A DNA stretch of 64,000 nucleotides, taken from positions 9,873-73,872 of the forward strand of contig JAIOSL010000043.1 of assembly GCA_021107635.1 (NCBI GenBank), read 5' to 3'. Both the position numbers and the translations under genes were made by a program. This stretch comes from an archaeon. Lineage in GTDB: Archaea; B1Sed10-29; WALL01; JAGHAM01. Shown here one piece after another: positions 36,944-45,703 of this stretch. Every line of letters begins with the position of its first letter. Positions within the stretch are counted from its first letter, which is position 1. The notes under the pieces are model-generated. The model made no database searches, was not told where the DNA came from, and was given only the letters and a program-made list of their open reading frames with translations.

Positions 36944-37009
36944 TCGTATATTTTACGGACGTTAAATATATATAAAGTATTGCCCATAAATAGAAGAGAG
37001 GGGTCACTA

Positions 37010-38116
37010 ATGGACAAAATCAAAGTAGCTATATCTGGCGTAGGAAATTGTGCTAGTTCTTTAATACAAGGAGTATACTACTACAAAAACGTAAGTTCTA
37101 ATGATAATCTCGTTCCCGGCTTAATGCACAACGTTATTGGCGGATACAAGATAAGGGATATTGAATTTGTCGCTGCTTTTGATATAGATAAAAGAAAAAT
37201 AGGCAAAGACCTAAGCGAAGCTATTTTTGCCGAACCAAATTGCACAGAACTTTTCCAGCGAGACATTCCAAACCAAAATGTAGAAGTAAAGAAAGGACCT
37301 GTACTTGATGGTTATCCAGATCACATGCTTGAATATCCTGAAAATAAACGATTCATTACTGATGATACTCCTCCAGTGGATGTAGCAAAAGAATTAAAAA
37401 AATCTGGAGCACACATGCTTGTCAACTACATGCCAGTAGGAAGCCAAGAAGCCACTGAATATTATGCTCAAGCAGCCCTTGACGCAGGACTTGCTTTTGT
37501 TAATTGTATGCCAGTGTTCATTGCATCTGATCCACAAGGCAAATGGCCAAAAAAATTCGAAGAAGCCGGACTGCCAATAGTTGGAGACGACATAAAAGCA
37601 CAAATAGGCGCAACCATAGTACACAGAACACTTTCCAAACTTTTCAATGACAGGGGAGTAAAACTTGACAGAACTTATCAATTGAACGTTGGCGGCAACA
37701 CAGACTTCATGAACCTCATAGAACGCTCTCGGGGCAAAACCAAGAAAATCAGCAAGACTGAGAGCGTTCAGTCCCAATTGCCTACACCAATGCCTCCAGA
37801 TGATATTCATATTGGACCTTCAGACTACGTGCCTTGGCTGAAAGACAACAAACTTTGTTTCCTTAGAATGGAAGGAAAGAAATTTGGAGACGTTCCAATG
37901 AAGATTGAGCTACGGTTAAGCGTGGAAGACTCACCTAACAGCGCGGGATGTGTCATCGATGCACTTCGATGCTGCAAGCTAGCTTTAGACAGAAAAGTGA
38001 CTGGCCAGCTAACATCCATTTCCTCATACATAATGAAACACCCACCACAACAATATCCTGATTATGTAGCAAAACAAATGGTAGAGGAATACATTAAAGG
38101 TGAGCGTGAGAGGTGA
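37010..38116 (+). CDS. myo-Inositol-1-phosphate synthase (archaeal short type)
   Basis: KVAISGVGNCASSLIQGVYYYK, YMPVGS and LNVGGNTDF are present. The ATG at 37010 follows GAGGGG. Confidence 0.85.
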   Translation: MDKIKVAISGVGNCASSLIQGVYYYKNVSSNDNLVPGLMHNVIGGYKIRDIEFVAAFDIDKRKIGKDLSEAIFAEPNCTELFQRDIPNQNVEVKKGPVLDGYPDHMLEYPENKRFITDDTPPVDVAKELKKSGAHMLVNYMPVGSQEATEYYAQAALDAGLAFVNCMPVFIASDPQGKWPKKFEEAGLPIVGDDIKAQIGATIVHRTLSKLFNDRGVKLDRTYQLNVGGNTDFMNLIERSRGKTKKISKTESVQSQLPTPMPPDDIHIGPSDYVPWLKDNKLCFLRMEGKKFGDVPMKIELRLSVEDSPNSAGCVIDALRCCKLALDRKVTGQLTSISSYIMKHPPQQYPDYVAKQMVEEYIKGERER

Positions 38117-38681
38117 GAGCGTGAATGCTCGAACTCGCATTGGAATGCTTTTCTCTAAACTAAGAATACCTGCAGACGCATGGACAGTACTCATACTCCT
38201 ACCGGGAGTTATCTCCCTTTATTTCCTTGCTTCAGGGAATTTTCTTCTTGCTGGAGTCTTTTTCCTGGGAGCTCTCTTATTTGATGTGATAGATGGAGCT
38301 GTTGCTCATGTCACAACAAAAGTCACTAGAAAAGGAGTATTCTTGGATGGCATTGTTTCTTCTTACCTGGAAGTACTTGCTCTGATTGGCTTGGCCTTAT
38401 CTGGATTACCAGAAGTTTTCGCGCCTGCTTCCACATGGGTTGCACTAGCAGTTTTTGGATTTTTAGGAATGGAGTACTCTTCAATTCTAGCAAAACATAA
38501 CGGCTTGATTGAACAAGATTGGATGCATCTAGTAATAAAACCAACAAGAACCAGCCTGTTACTGATAATCATCTTTTCCGCTCATTTTAACCAGTTGTTT
38601 GCAGTCTCACTGCTCATAGCAGCAAGCGTGATTTCAGTACTTGTTATGCTTAACAGGCAATTCAAGGCTTTGACCCAATGA
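38100..38681 (+). CDS. CDP-alcohol phosphatidyltransferase family protein, divergent motif (copy 1)
   Basis: DVIDGAVAHVTTKVTRKGVFLDGIVSS follows DG(x)2A(R>H)(x)8G(x)3D(x)3(D>S), so the last Asp of the family motif is replaced. The start is uncertain (GTG at 38100, or the ATG at 38145). Confidence 0.7.
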   Translation: MSVRGESVNARTRIGMLFSKLRIPADAWTVLILLPGVISLYFLASGNFLLAGVFFLGALLFDVIDGAVAHVTTKVTRKGVFLDGIVSSYLEVLALIGLALSGLPEVFAPASTWVALAVFGFLGMEYSSILAKHNGLIEQDWMHLVIKPTRTSLLLIIIFSAHFNQLFAVSLLIAASVISVLVMLNRQFKALTQ

Positions 38682-39312
38682 AACGTTTTGCTACCCAAGT
38701 AATAGGCAAAACAGTCCAAAGAGTTGAATGTTTTCCATAACCCATAGTTCTGCCTTGTTTCAGTTCAGTATAAAATTCATCTAAGCTTTCGGCTTTTGCC
38801 TTGGTATATGCGTTTCCTATCGAAAACCGGATATGCGAATCGCTTCCTCCGGTCATCGCAAGACCATGCTTTTTAGCAAACTCGAAAGCTTTTTTGTTTC
38901 CACCAGGCTTTTTCATTCTTGAATTAAACACTTCAATTCCATCAATTTGCTTGACAAAATCCTCAGGCTTTTTGAAATAAGTTCGAAAAGTATCAAAAGG
39001 ATGCGGAAATACAGCCAGGCCGCCTTGATCATGAACTGCATCTATAACTTCACAAGGCTCTCTGGTCTTAATCTCTTCAGTTAAGAATAAGCAGAGTATA
39101 TCGCCCATAGTAGAAGAAATTTCTTCTCCAAAAATAACAGGAAAATCCACATTCTTGAAATGTTTCCATGCTTTAATCATGTCATGATCTGTGACAGCAA
39201 TTCCATCAATAACACCCTGCGCGCGTCTTTTTTGAACTGTTTTTATTATTTTGCTGGGAGGAGAGCAGCCATCAGGCGAATACTTTGTATGCAAGTGTAA
39301 ATCCATTTTCAT
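38662..39312 (-). CDS. PHP-domain metal-dependent phosphoesterase
   Basis: MKMDLHLHTKYSPDG ... VTDHD ... GGSDSH are the PHP His/Asp motifs. Confidence 0.8.
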   Translation of the reverse strand: MKMDLHLHTKYSPDGCSPPSKIIKTVQKRRAQGVIDGIAVTDHDMIKAWKHFKNVDFPVIFGEEISSTMGDILCLFLTEEIKTREPCEVIDAVHDQGGLAVFPHPFDTFRTYFKKPEDFVKQIDGIEVFNSRMKKPGGNKKAFEFAKKHGLAMTGGSDSHIRFSIGNAYTKAKAESLDEFYTELKQGRTMGYGKHSTLWTVLPITWVAKRFIGSKP

Positions 39313-39998
39313 TTTATTTCCTCTTTTATGGCTTGTACTAGTTCTTGTTTGCTGCCTTTAAAGCCGCTTAATATTTTAGGTATACAACTGAAATCTTCTG
39401 CTACCAAGTCAGCTCCTTCTGCCAACAATTTTTCTTTTGAATGCATACCAGTACTTGGAGTTCCTGCGCGTCCAATGGTAATAACGTTTTTTCTTGAGAG
39501 TTTTACGTCATATGTAGAGTCGCCGAAAAATACTATTAAATCTGGGTTTAAAGTGTTTAAGACTATTTGAATGTGTTTTTCTTTGAGACCGGACTCTGCG
39601 CCGTAAACGTCCTTGAAAAAAGAAGTCATGTGTTCTCTTTCTAGGATTGGTTTTATGAAAACTTCCTCATTACCTGAAGAAACGAAAAGATTTGACCCAG
39701 AAAGCTCGGAAAGCATTTTTGGGACATCCGGGAACGGCTTGGATTTTTCAAAAACTTCTTTTATTCTTCTTTCATTGTATTCTTGAATGGATGCATCGAT
39801 TTTTTCTTTTGGCTGTCCAGAAAAAATTTGGTACATTTGGTTCCTATAGGAAATTCCAGCGGTTTCCAAGTAACATCTTCTTGCTTCTTCGATAGGCATG
39901 CCAAAATACTTGTTCATGGTATCAGAAGCCAAGTCTGCATGTAAATGCATTGTGTTGAATAGCGTGCCATCAAAATCAAACATTAAGACTATCATCAA
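39309..39998 (-). CDS. HAD-superfamily phosphatase
   Basis: Motif I is MFDFDGTLFNT and a late motif is FFGDSTYDV. Confidence 0.8.
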   Translation of the reverse strand: MMIVLMFDFDGTLFNTMHLHADLASDTMNKYFGMPIEEARRCYLETAGISYRNQMYQIFSGQPKEKIDASIQEYNERRIKEVFEKSKPFPDVPKMLSELSGSNLFVSSGNEEVFIKPILEREHMTSFFKDVYGAESGLKEKHIQIVLNTLNPDLIVFFGDSTYDVKLSRKNVITIGRAGTPSTGMHSKEKLLAEGADLVAEDFSCIPKILSGFKGSKQELVQAIKEEIK

Positions 39999-40038
39999 TA
40001 TTTATTATAATAGAAAAAGAATAATAAAGTGAAGGAAA

Positions 40039-40620
40039 ATGAAGGACAAAGAAATTAGAACTGCACTGAAAAGCTATAGCGAAACCACGGGCAAGCTCTT
40101 TGGTACTTTTATCAGTCCAAACCAAATGACAATGATAACCTTGCTCTTTGGACTTGCCTCCGCCTTAATGATCTTCCTAAGAGAAGACTATCTGGCAATA
40201 ACTTTTTTTGTTCTCTCCTGCCTAGCAGACTGGATTGATGGAGCCATAGCCAAAGCCACAGGTAAAGTAACTGCCTTTGGAGGCGCGCTTGACTCAATAG
40301 TAGACAAAAGCGCTGAGCTTGCAATATATATTGGTATTGCACTGCGTTCACCAATGTTTTTGTTTCCAGCATTTATTGCGGCTTCAGCAATGATGTGGTC
40401 TAGTTATACCAACCAACGTTGTAAAAGCATTGGACTGGAAGAAGGAATCGGATTCATGCAAAGAAAAGAACGTGCAGCATTGCTTTCAGTGTGCTTGCTT
40501 TTATTTGCGTTTACAATAGGAACAAGTTATATTGTGTCTTTTTTGCTTTATGCAATAGCGTTATTTTCATTCTTAACTGGAATGCATAGAGTGTACTTAG
40601 CCTATAGGAGAAGTGTTTAG
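40039..40620 (+). CDS. CDP-alcohol phosphatidyltransferase (copy 2, canonical motif)
   Basis: DWIDGAIAKATGKVTAFGGALDSIVDK gives the full DG(x)2A(R/K)(x)8G(x)3D(x)3D motif in a polytopic membrane protein. Confidence 0.85.
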   Translation: MKDKEIRTALKSYSETTGKLFGTFISPNQMTMITLLFGLASALMIFLREDYLAITFFVLSCLADWIDGAIAKATGKVTAFGGALDSIVDKSAELAIYIGIALRSPMFLFPAFIAASAMMWSSYTNQRCKSIGLEEGIGFMQRKERAALLSVCLLLFAFTIGTSYIVSFLLYAIALFSFLTGMHRVYLAYRRSV

Positions 40621-41388
40621 ATGAAAGCTATTGGAATTCATAGAGAGCAAGACTTTGCGGGAAACCCTGAAGGTGACGAAAGGATATTAACTCTGGTTGG
40701 AGAAGAACTTGAGAGAGAAAAAGTTCAAGTAGAATTGAAACATCCAGTAGAAGTCACTGGAAAAGAAAAAGCAGACCTTGTTTTTACAATGGCGAGAAGC
40801 GAAAGCACAAGACAAAAAATAAGTGAAATAGAAAAAAATGGTGCGATTGTTGTCAACAACCCAAAAGCCATAGGCGAATCACTTAACAGAGAATTATCAT
40901 ACCAAAGACTTAAACAAGCTGGAGCAAGAATCCCAGAAACATACACTAAAAATATCAGTGAATTAACCTTTGAAGAACTGAACGGACATAAATTCTTGAA
41001 AAGAGCAGATAGGCATGAACAATGGTTTGACGTCTCAACCAAACCAGAATTCAAAGCAGCAATGGCATTTTACAAAAATCATGAAGCTGAAAGAGTTGTA
41101 GTCCAAAAATTTATTCCAGGAGAACACATCAAATTTTATGTAATAGGTAACAGAGCAATCTTTCCAGAAGGCACCAAAAATCTTACTGAACTAGCAAAAC
41201 AATCAATTTATGGTGGAAAAGCTTGTGGACTTGAGATATATGGAGGCGACTTTATTGTGAACGAACAAGCATACCTAGTCGACCTGAACGACTGGCCAAG
41301 CTTTGGTTCAGTTCAAGGATACACTCAAGAAGAAGCGGCAAAAACCATAGCAGAATACCTAGCCCAAAAACTTAAACAAACAAAGTGA
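40621..41388 (+). CDS. ATP-grasp protein resembling inositol-phosphate kinases (ITPK1/Ins(1,3,4)P3 5/6-kinase-like)
   Basis: VVVQKFIPGEHIKFYVIGN and YGGDFIVNEQAYLVDLNDWPSF parallel the ITPK1 segments (vvQeFI.h...fKvyvvG; viDiN.fPgy). Its start abuts the stop of the CDP-alcohol transferase gene. Confidence 0.6.
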   Translation: MKAIGIHREQDFAGNPEGDERILTLVGEELEREKVQVELKHPVEVTGKEKADLVFTMARSESTRQKISEIEKNGAIVVNNPKAIGESLNRELSYQRLKQAGARIPETYTKNISELTFEELNGHKFLKRADRHEQWFDVSTKPEFKAAMAFYKNHEAERVVVQKFIPGEHIKFYVIGNRAIFPEGTKNLTELAKQSIYGGKACGLEIYGGDFIVNEQAYLVDLNDWPSFGSVQGYTQEEAAKTIAEYLAQKLKQTK

Positions 41389-41663
41389 TAACAATGCCTA
41401 GCATAGAAGAACTTGAAAAAGAAATCAAAGAAATAAAACAAAGGAACAAGGTAGTTGAGGGAAACAAATCCTGGGAAACCAGCTGGGCAAGAAAAATAGT
41501 GATTTTTGTTCTAACTTACATTGCAATAAGCGCATACTTCTACTTTGCACAACTTCCAGACCCTTTCCTTAATGCAGTAGTGCCAGCATTTGCGTTCGTG
41601 CTTTCCACTTTAACACTTCCATTCTTCAAGAAACACTGGCTGAAAAGCATGTATAATCAATGA
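41385..41663 (+). CDS. Small coiled-coil protein with two TM helices
   Basis: 92-aa ORF whose start overlaps the upstream stop. It contains EGNKSWETSWARKIVIFVLTYIAI. Confidence 0.45.
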   Translation: MITMPSIEELEKEIKEIKQRNKVVEGNKSWETSWARKIVIFVLTYIAISAYFYFAQLPDPFLNAVVPAFAFVLSTLTLPFFKKHWLKSMYNQ

Positions 41664-41702
41664 ACACAATAATAAATAGCCCTTTATCCACAATTAAAGC
41701 CA

Positions 41703-42608
41703 ATGCTCAAAACAAAATTAGCAGGAATCAAACTGAAAAACCCTACTGTTCTATGTTCTGGAATCCTTGGTACCAGCGCGGCAATTCTCAAGCGAGTCGA
41801 ACGCAACGGAGCAGGCGCACTAACACTCAAATCCATTGGTCCTCAGCCACGCGAAGGCCACAATAATCCTACAGTAATAGCATATGAATCAGGGCTTTTG
41901 AACGCTGTTGGACTCTCAACACCAGGATACAAAAACATGGAAGAAGAATGGAAAGAACTTCAAGACATAAAAATCCCAGTAATAGCCAGCATTTATGGCG
42001 GAAGCATAGAAGAATTTGTGGAAATAGCAGAATTTGTTGCAGAAAAAAAACCTTCCATGATTGAACTAAACATAAGCTGTCCCAATACCAAAAAACACGG
42101 CCAACTGTTCGGCTTTGAACCGGATGTAGCAGGAGAAGTAGTAAGCAAAGTTAAAGCAGTAAGTAAAGTGCCAATAATGCCTAAGTTAACTCCGAACACC
42201 CCAAAACTCAAAGAAGTTGCTAAAGCCTGTGAAGACGCAGGAGCAGACGCCATAGCAGCTATTAACACTGTAGGACCAGGCATGATAATAGACATAGAAA
42301 CAGCAAAACCAATCCTACACTTCAAAACAGGCGGCTTAAGTGGACCCGCAATACGCCCAATCGCAGTGCGCTGCGTTTATGACATCTATGAAACAGTTAA
42401 CATTCCAATCCTTGGCATGGGTGGAATTACAAACGGAAAAGACGCAATGGAAGTGCTCATGGCAGGAGCTAATGCAGTTGGTATTGGCTCTGCAACTTAT
42501 TATCGAGGAATAGAAGCATTTAGCCTAGTCAGCCAAGAACTAGAAACCTTAATGAAAGAACAAGGCTACACAAACATAAAAGAAATAACGGGGACTGCAC
42601 ATGAATGA
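41703..42608 (+). CDS. pyrD: Dihydroorotate dehydrogenase 1B, catalytic subunit
   Basis: LKNPTVLCSGILG, ELNISCPN and GGLSGPAIRPIA are present. Confidence 0.9.
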   Translation: MLKTKLAGIKLKNPTVLCSGILGTSAAILKRVERNGAGALTLKSIGPQPREGHNNPTVIAYESGLLNAVGLSTPGYKNMEEEWKELQDIKIPVIASIYGGSIEEFVEIAEFVAEKKPSMIELNISCPNTKKHGQLFGFEPDVAGEVVSKVKAVSKVPIMPKLTPNTPKLKEVAKACEDAGADAIAAINTVGPGMIIDIETAKPILHFKTGGLSGPAIRPIAVRCVYDIYETVNIPILGMGGITNGKDAMEVLMAGANAVGIGSATYYRGIEAFSLVSQELETLMKEQGYTNIKEITGTAHE

Positions 42609-43356
42609 ACAAGACTATCCACAAGGCACCAAAATCATTGAAATCAAACAAGAAACGCCCACAGTGAAAACCGTAGTATTCCAAAGAGAATTTAACTTCA
42701 AACCAGGGCAATTTGTCATGGTATGGGTTCCCGGCCTAGACGAAGTACCCATGAGCCTATCCTCAAAAAACAGCATAACAATCAAAGACGTAGGCGAAAC
42801 CACACACGCACTACATGCAATGAAACCAAGTGACAAAATCGGCTTACGAGGACCTTACGGCAATGGCTTCTCCCTAAAAGAGAAAAACATTCTCGCAGTA
42901 GGTGGAGGATTTGGAACAGCCCCACTCAAACCATTGTTCAAAAACACAAACATAAAATGGATTATTGGAGCCAGAAACAAAGAAGAACTACTATTTACTG
43001 AAGAAATAGACACACTAATCTGCACAGATGACGGATCAAAAGGAGAAAAAGCTTTTGTCACAGTACTCGCTGACCGCGAGCTCGCAACAGGCAAATATGA
43101 TCTTGTTATATCATGCGGACCAGAAATCATGCTAAAAAATCTCTTCAAAGTCTGTGAACAGCATAACATAAACGCTGAATTCAGCCTAGAACGCTATATG
43201 AAATGCGGTTTTGGTATATGCGGACACTGTGCCATGGACCCAACTGGCTGGATGGTTTGCAAAGACGGACCAGTAGCAAACAGTAAAATTCTCAGAGAGC
43301 TCAAAGAATTTGGAGAATACACTCGAGACAAAAAAGGCGAAGTGACCTCTTTATGA
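42601..43356 (+). CDS. pyrK: Dihydroorotate dehydrogenase electron-transfer subunit
   Basis: A ferredoxin-reductase-like fold is followed by the C-terminal 2Fe-2S motif MKCGFGICGHC. The gene overlaps pyrD. Confidence 0.85.
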   Translation: MNEQDYPQGTKIIEIKQETPTVKTVVFQREFNFKPGQFVMVWVPGLDEVPMSLSSKNSITIKDVGETTHALHAMKPSDKIGLRGPYGNGFSLKEKNILAVGGGFGTAPLKPLFKNTNIKWIIGARNKEELLFTEEIDTLICTDDGSKGEKAFVTVLADRELATGKYDLVISCGPEIMLKNLFKVCEQHNINAEFSLERYMKCGFGICGHCAMDPTGWMVCKDGPVANSKILRELKEFGEYTRDKKGEVTSL

Positions 43357-44639
43357 GCCTAGCAATCAAAAACGGCAAAGTCTACTTAAGCGGAAAACTA
43401 ATAGAAGCAGAAATACTCTGCGTTAACGGAAAAATCAGAGAAATAGCTAAACATGTCAAAGGCGAACAAGAACTTGATGTAAACGAACAAATAGTTCTAC
43501 CAGGAATAATAGACGCTCACGTACACTTTCGCGTACCAGGAGGAGAACACAAAGAAGACTGGAACACAGGTTCACGCAGCGCGGTGAAGGGAGGAGTTAC
43601 TTCTGTTTTTGATATGCCAAACACAAACCCGGCAATCATTACAAACGCACTGCTAGAAAAAAAACGCAAACTAGTCAAAAATAAAAGTTTTGTTAATTAT
43701 GGATTCTACTTCGGAGCATCAAAAGAACACCTAGAAGAACTAAACAAAATTCAAAACGTGCCAGGAATCAAAATATACATGTCCTCTACTACTGGTGACT
43801 TGCTTGTAGAAGACGAAGAAAACATAAAAAAAGTTTTCCAAGAAATCAAAAAAAGAAATCAACTAGCATTCTGTCATGCTGAAGACGAAACCATGCTACA
43901 AAAGGCAATAGCAAATGCAGATCCAAGCGACCCGTTAGTGCACTGCAAATCCAGGCCAAAACAATGTGCGATAGAAGGCGCAAGACACGCTTGCGAAATA
44001 GCAAAACAGGTAGGCAATAGACTCCATATAACACACATTAGCACACCAGAAGAAGTTGAAGTAATAAAACAGCATAAAGCTAGCTGTGATACCACAACCA
44101 CATATCTTTTCCTAGAAGAACGCGACCTTGAAGAAAAAGGCAACTATGCTAAGATGAATCCGCCAGTAAGAAGCCACGAAGACAGAATGGCACTCTGGGA
44201 AGAACTAAAAGCAGGTCGAGTTGACATGATCACCACCGACCATGCTCCACACACCAAAGAAGAAAAAGACCGTGACTACGCTGAATCACCAGCAGGCGTT
44301 CCAGGCGTTCAAACGCTAGTACCATTACTACTCAATGAAGTTAACCGAAGAAACCTCTCAATACAAGACTTTGTGAGAATGACCAGTGAAAACCCTGCAC
44401 TCATAACACGCGCAAAGAACAAAGGTAGTATCGCTGAAGGTTTCGATGCAGACCTGACAATAATAGACATGCACTTAAGGAAAAAAGTTAGCGATGACGC
44501 TATTGAAAGCAAGTGCGCGTGGACTCCTTATCACGGACGCAGCCTTAAAGGATGGCCGACAGCAACCATAGTCAACGGACGAATCGCGTGGGATGGAAGT
44601 TTCCAAGAACGCAACGGCAAAGAAGTCATATTCAAATAA
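43353..44639 (+). CDS. pyrC: Dihydroorotase
   Basis: PGIIDAHVHFRVPG and ITTDHAPH are present in an amidohydrolase fold. Confidence 0.85.
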   Translation: MSLAIKNGKVYLSGKLIEAEILCVNGKIREIAKHVKGEQELDVNEQIVLPGIIDAHVHFRVPGGEHKEDWNTGSRSAVKGGVTSVFDMPNTNPAIITNALLEKKRKLVKNKSFVNYGFYFGASKEHLEELNKIQNVPGIKIYMSSTTGDLLVEDEENIKKVFQEIKKRNQLAFCHAEDETMLQKAIANADPSDPLVHCKSRPKQCAIEGARHACEIAKQVGNRLHITHISTPEEVEVIKQHKASCDTTTTYLFLEERDLEEKGNYAKMNPPVRSHEDRMALWEELKAGRVDMITTDHAPHTKEEKDRDYAESPAGVPGVQTLVPLLLNEVNRRNLSIQDFVRMTSENPALITRAKNKGSIAEGFDADLTIIDMHLRKKVSDDAIESKCAWTPYHGRSLKGWPTATIVNGRIAWDGSFQERNGKEVIFK

Positions 44640-44676
44640 ATATCTCTATAGAGAAGACTAGGTAAAGGTGAATAGA

Positions 44677-45666
44677 ATGAAACAAATATTACTACTTGGA
44701 TTACTACTTACGGCAGTATTCATTATTGGGTGTACAGAAATCCCAGAATGCGAAACAGTTGCAGACTGTCCAAAAATAAACGGAACAATAGTAACATGTC
44801 AAGACGGAGGATGTCACTACATACCAGAAGACGAAGCACCAGAATGCCTAACAGCAATTGATTGCCCAGAAAAAGAAGGAGCAACAGTAAACTGCACCGA
44901 AGAAGGATGGTGCGTATACATAAAAATAGACGAAGAACATGAACCAGAATGCGAAACCGCACAAGACTGTAGAGAAATACCAGGAACAACAGTAATCTGC
45001 AACGAAGGCAGAGGATGCCAATACACAAAAGTAGACAACGGAACCAACGAACCAGAATGCGAAACCGCAGCAGACTGTCCGCCAAAAAACGGAACAGTAG
45101 TATTCTGCACCGAAGACGGAGGATGTCACTACATACCAGAAGACGAAGCACCAGAATGCCTAACAGCAATTGATTGCCCAGAAAAAGAAGGAGCAACAGT
45201 AAACTGCACCGAAGAAGGAGGATGCCAATACACAAAAATAGACAAATACGAAGAACCAGAATGCACAACAGCACAAGACTGCACACCAATAGAAGGAACA
45301 ACAGTAATCTGTAACGAAGAAGGATGGTGCGAATACACAAAAATAAACAACGAAACCAACGAACCAGAATGCACAACACCAGAAGACTGCCCACCAAAAA
45401 ACGGAACAATAGTATTCTGCAAAAACGAAGGATGCTACTACATGCCAGAAGACGAAGCACCAGAATGCCTAACAGCAACAGACTGCACACCAATAAATGG
45501 GACAGTAGTATTCTGCACGGAAGACGGAGAATGCCTCTACATGCCAGAAGACGAAGCACCAGAATGCTTAATGGATGATGACTGTCCACCGATGGAAGGA
45601 ATGACAGTAACATGCACTGAAGACGGAGAATGTGACTACAAATCAGATGACAACGAAGAAGACTGA
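44677..45666 (+). CDS. Secreted Cys-rich tandem-repeat protein (type B) embedded in the pyr operon
   Basis: A lipoprotein-like signal (LLLTAVFIIGC) is followed by about nine repeats of PEC.TA.DCP...GT.V.C...G.C.Y.(P)EDEA. AGGTGA lies 5 nt upstream of the ATG at 44677. Confidence 0.7.
   Translation: MKQILLLGLLLTAVFIIGCTEIPECETVADCPKINGTIVTCQDGGCHYIPEDEAPECLTAIDCPEKEGATVNCTEEGWCVYIKIDEEHEPECETAQDCREIPGTTVICNEGRGCQYTKVDNGTNEPECETAADCPPKNGTVVFCTEDGGCHYIPEDEAPECLTAIDCPEKEGATVNCTEEGGCQYTKIDKYEEPECTTAQDCTPIEGTTVICNEEGWCEYTKINNETNEPECTTPEDCPPKNGTIVFCKNEGCYYMPEDEAPECLTATDCTPINGTVVFCTEDGECLYMPEDEAPECLMDDDCPPMEGMTVTCTEDGECDYKSDDNEED
44801..45219. repeat. Two perfect 107-nt copies (44801..44907 and 45113..45219) offset by 312 nt within the Cys-rich gene
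   Basis: By-eye alignment; aagacggaggatgtcactac...actgcaccgaagaagga is identical in both places. Confidence 0.8.
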
Positions 45667-45703
45667 ACATAACAAAATAGCGTAATTTAACGAGGTGTAA
45701 CAC

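Noticed and set aside
44723-45703. 326-aa minus-strand ORF covering the whole Cys-rich gene
   Set aside because: It is an antisense mirror of the repeat gene. Its product is a low-complexity L/R/C string, it has no ribosome-binding motif, and the plus-strand frame has a signal peptide, an AGGTGA site and a coherent repeat structure.
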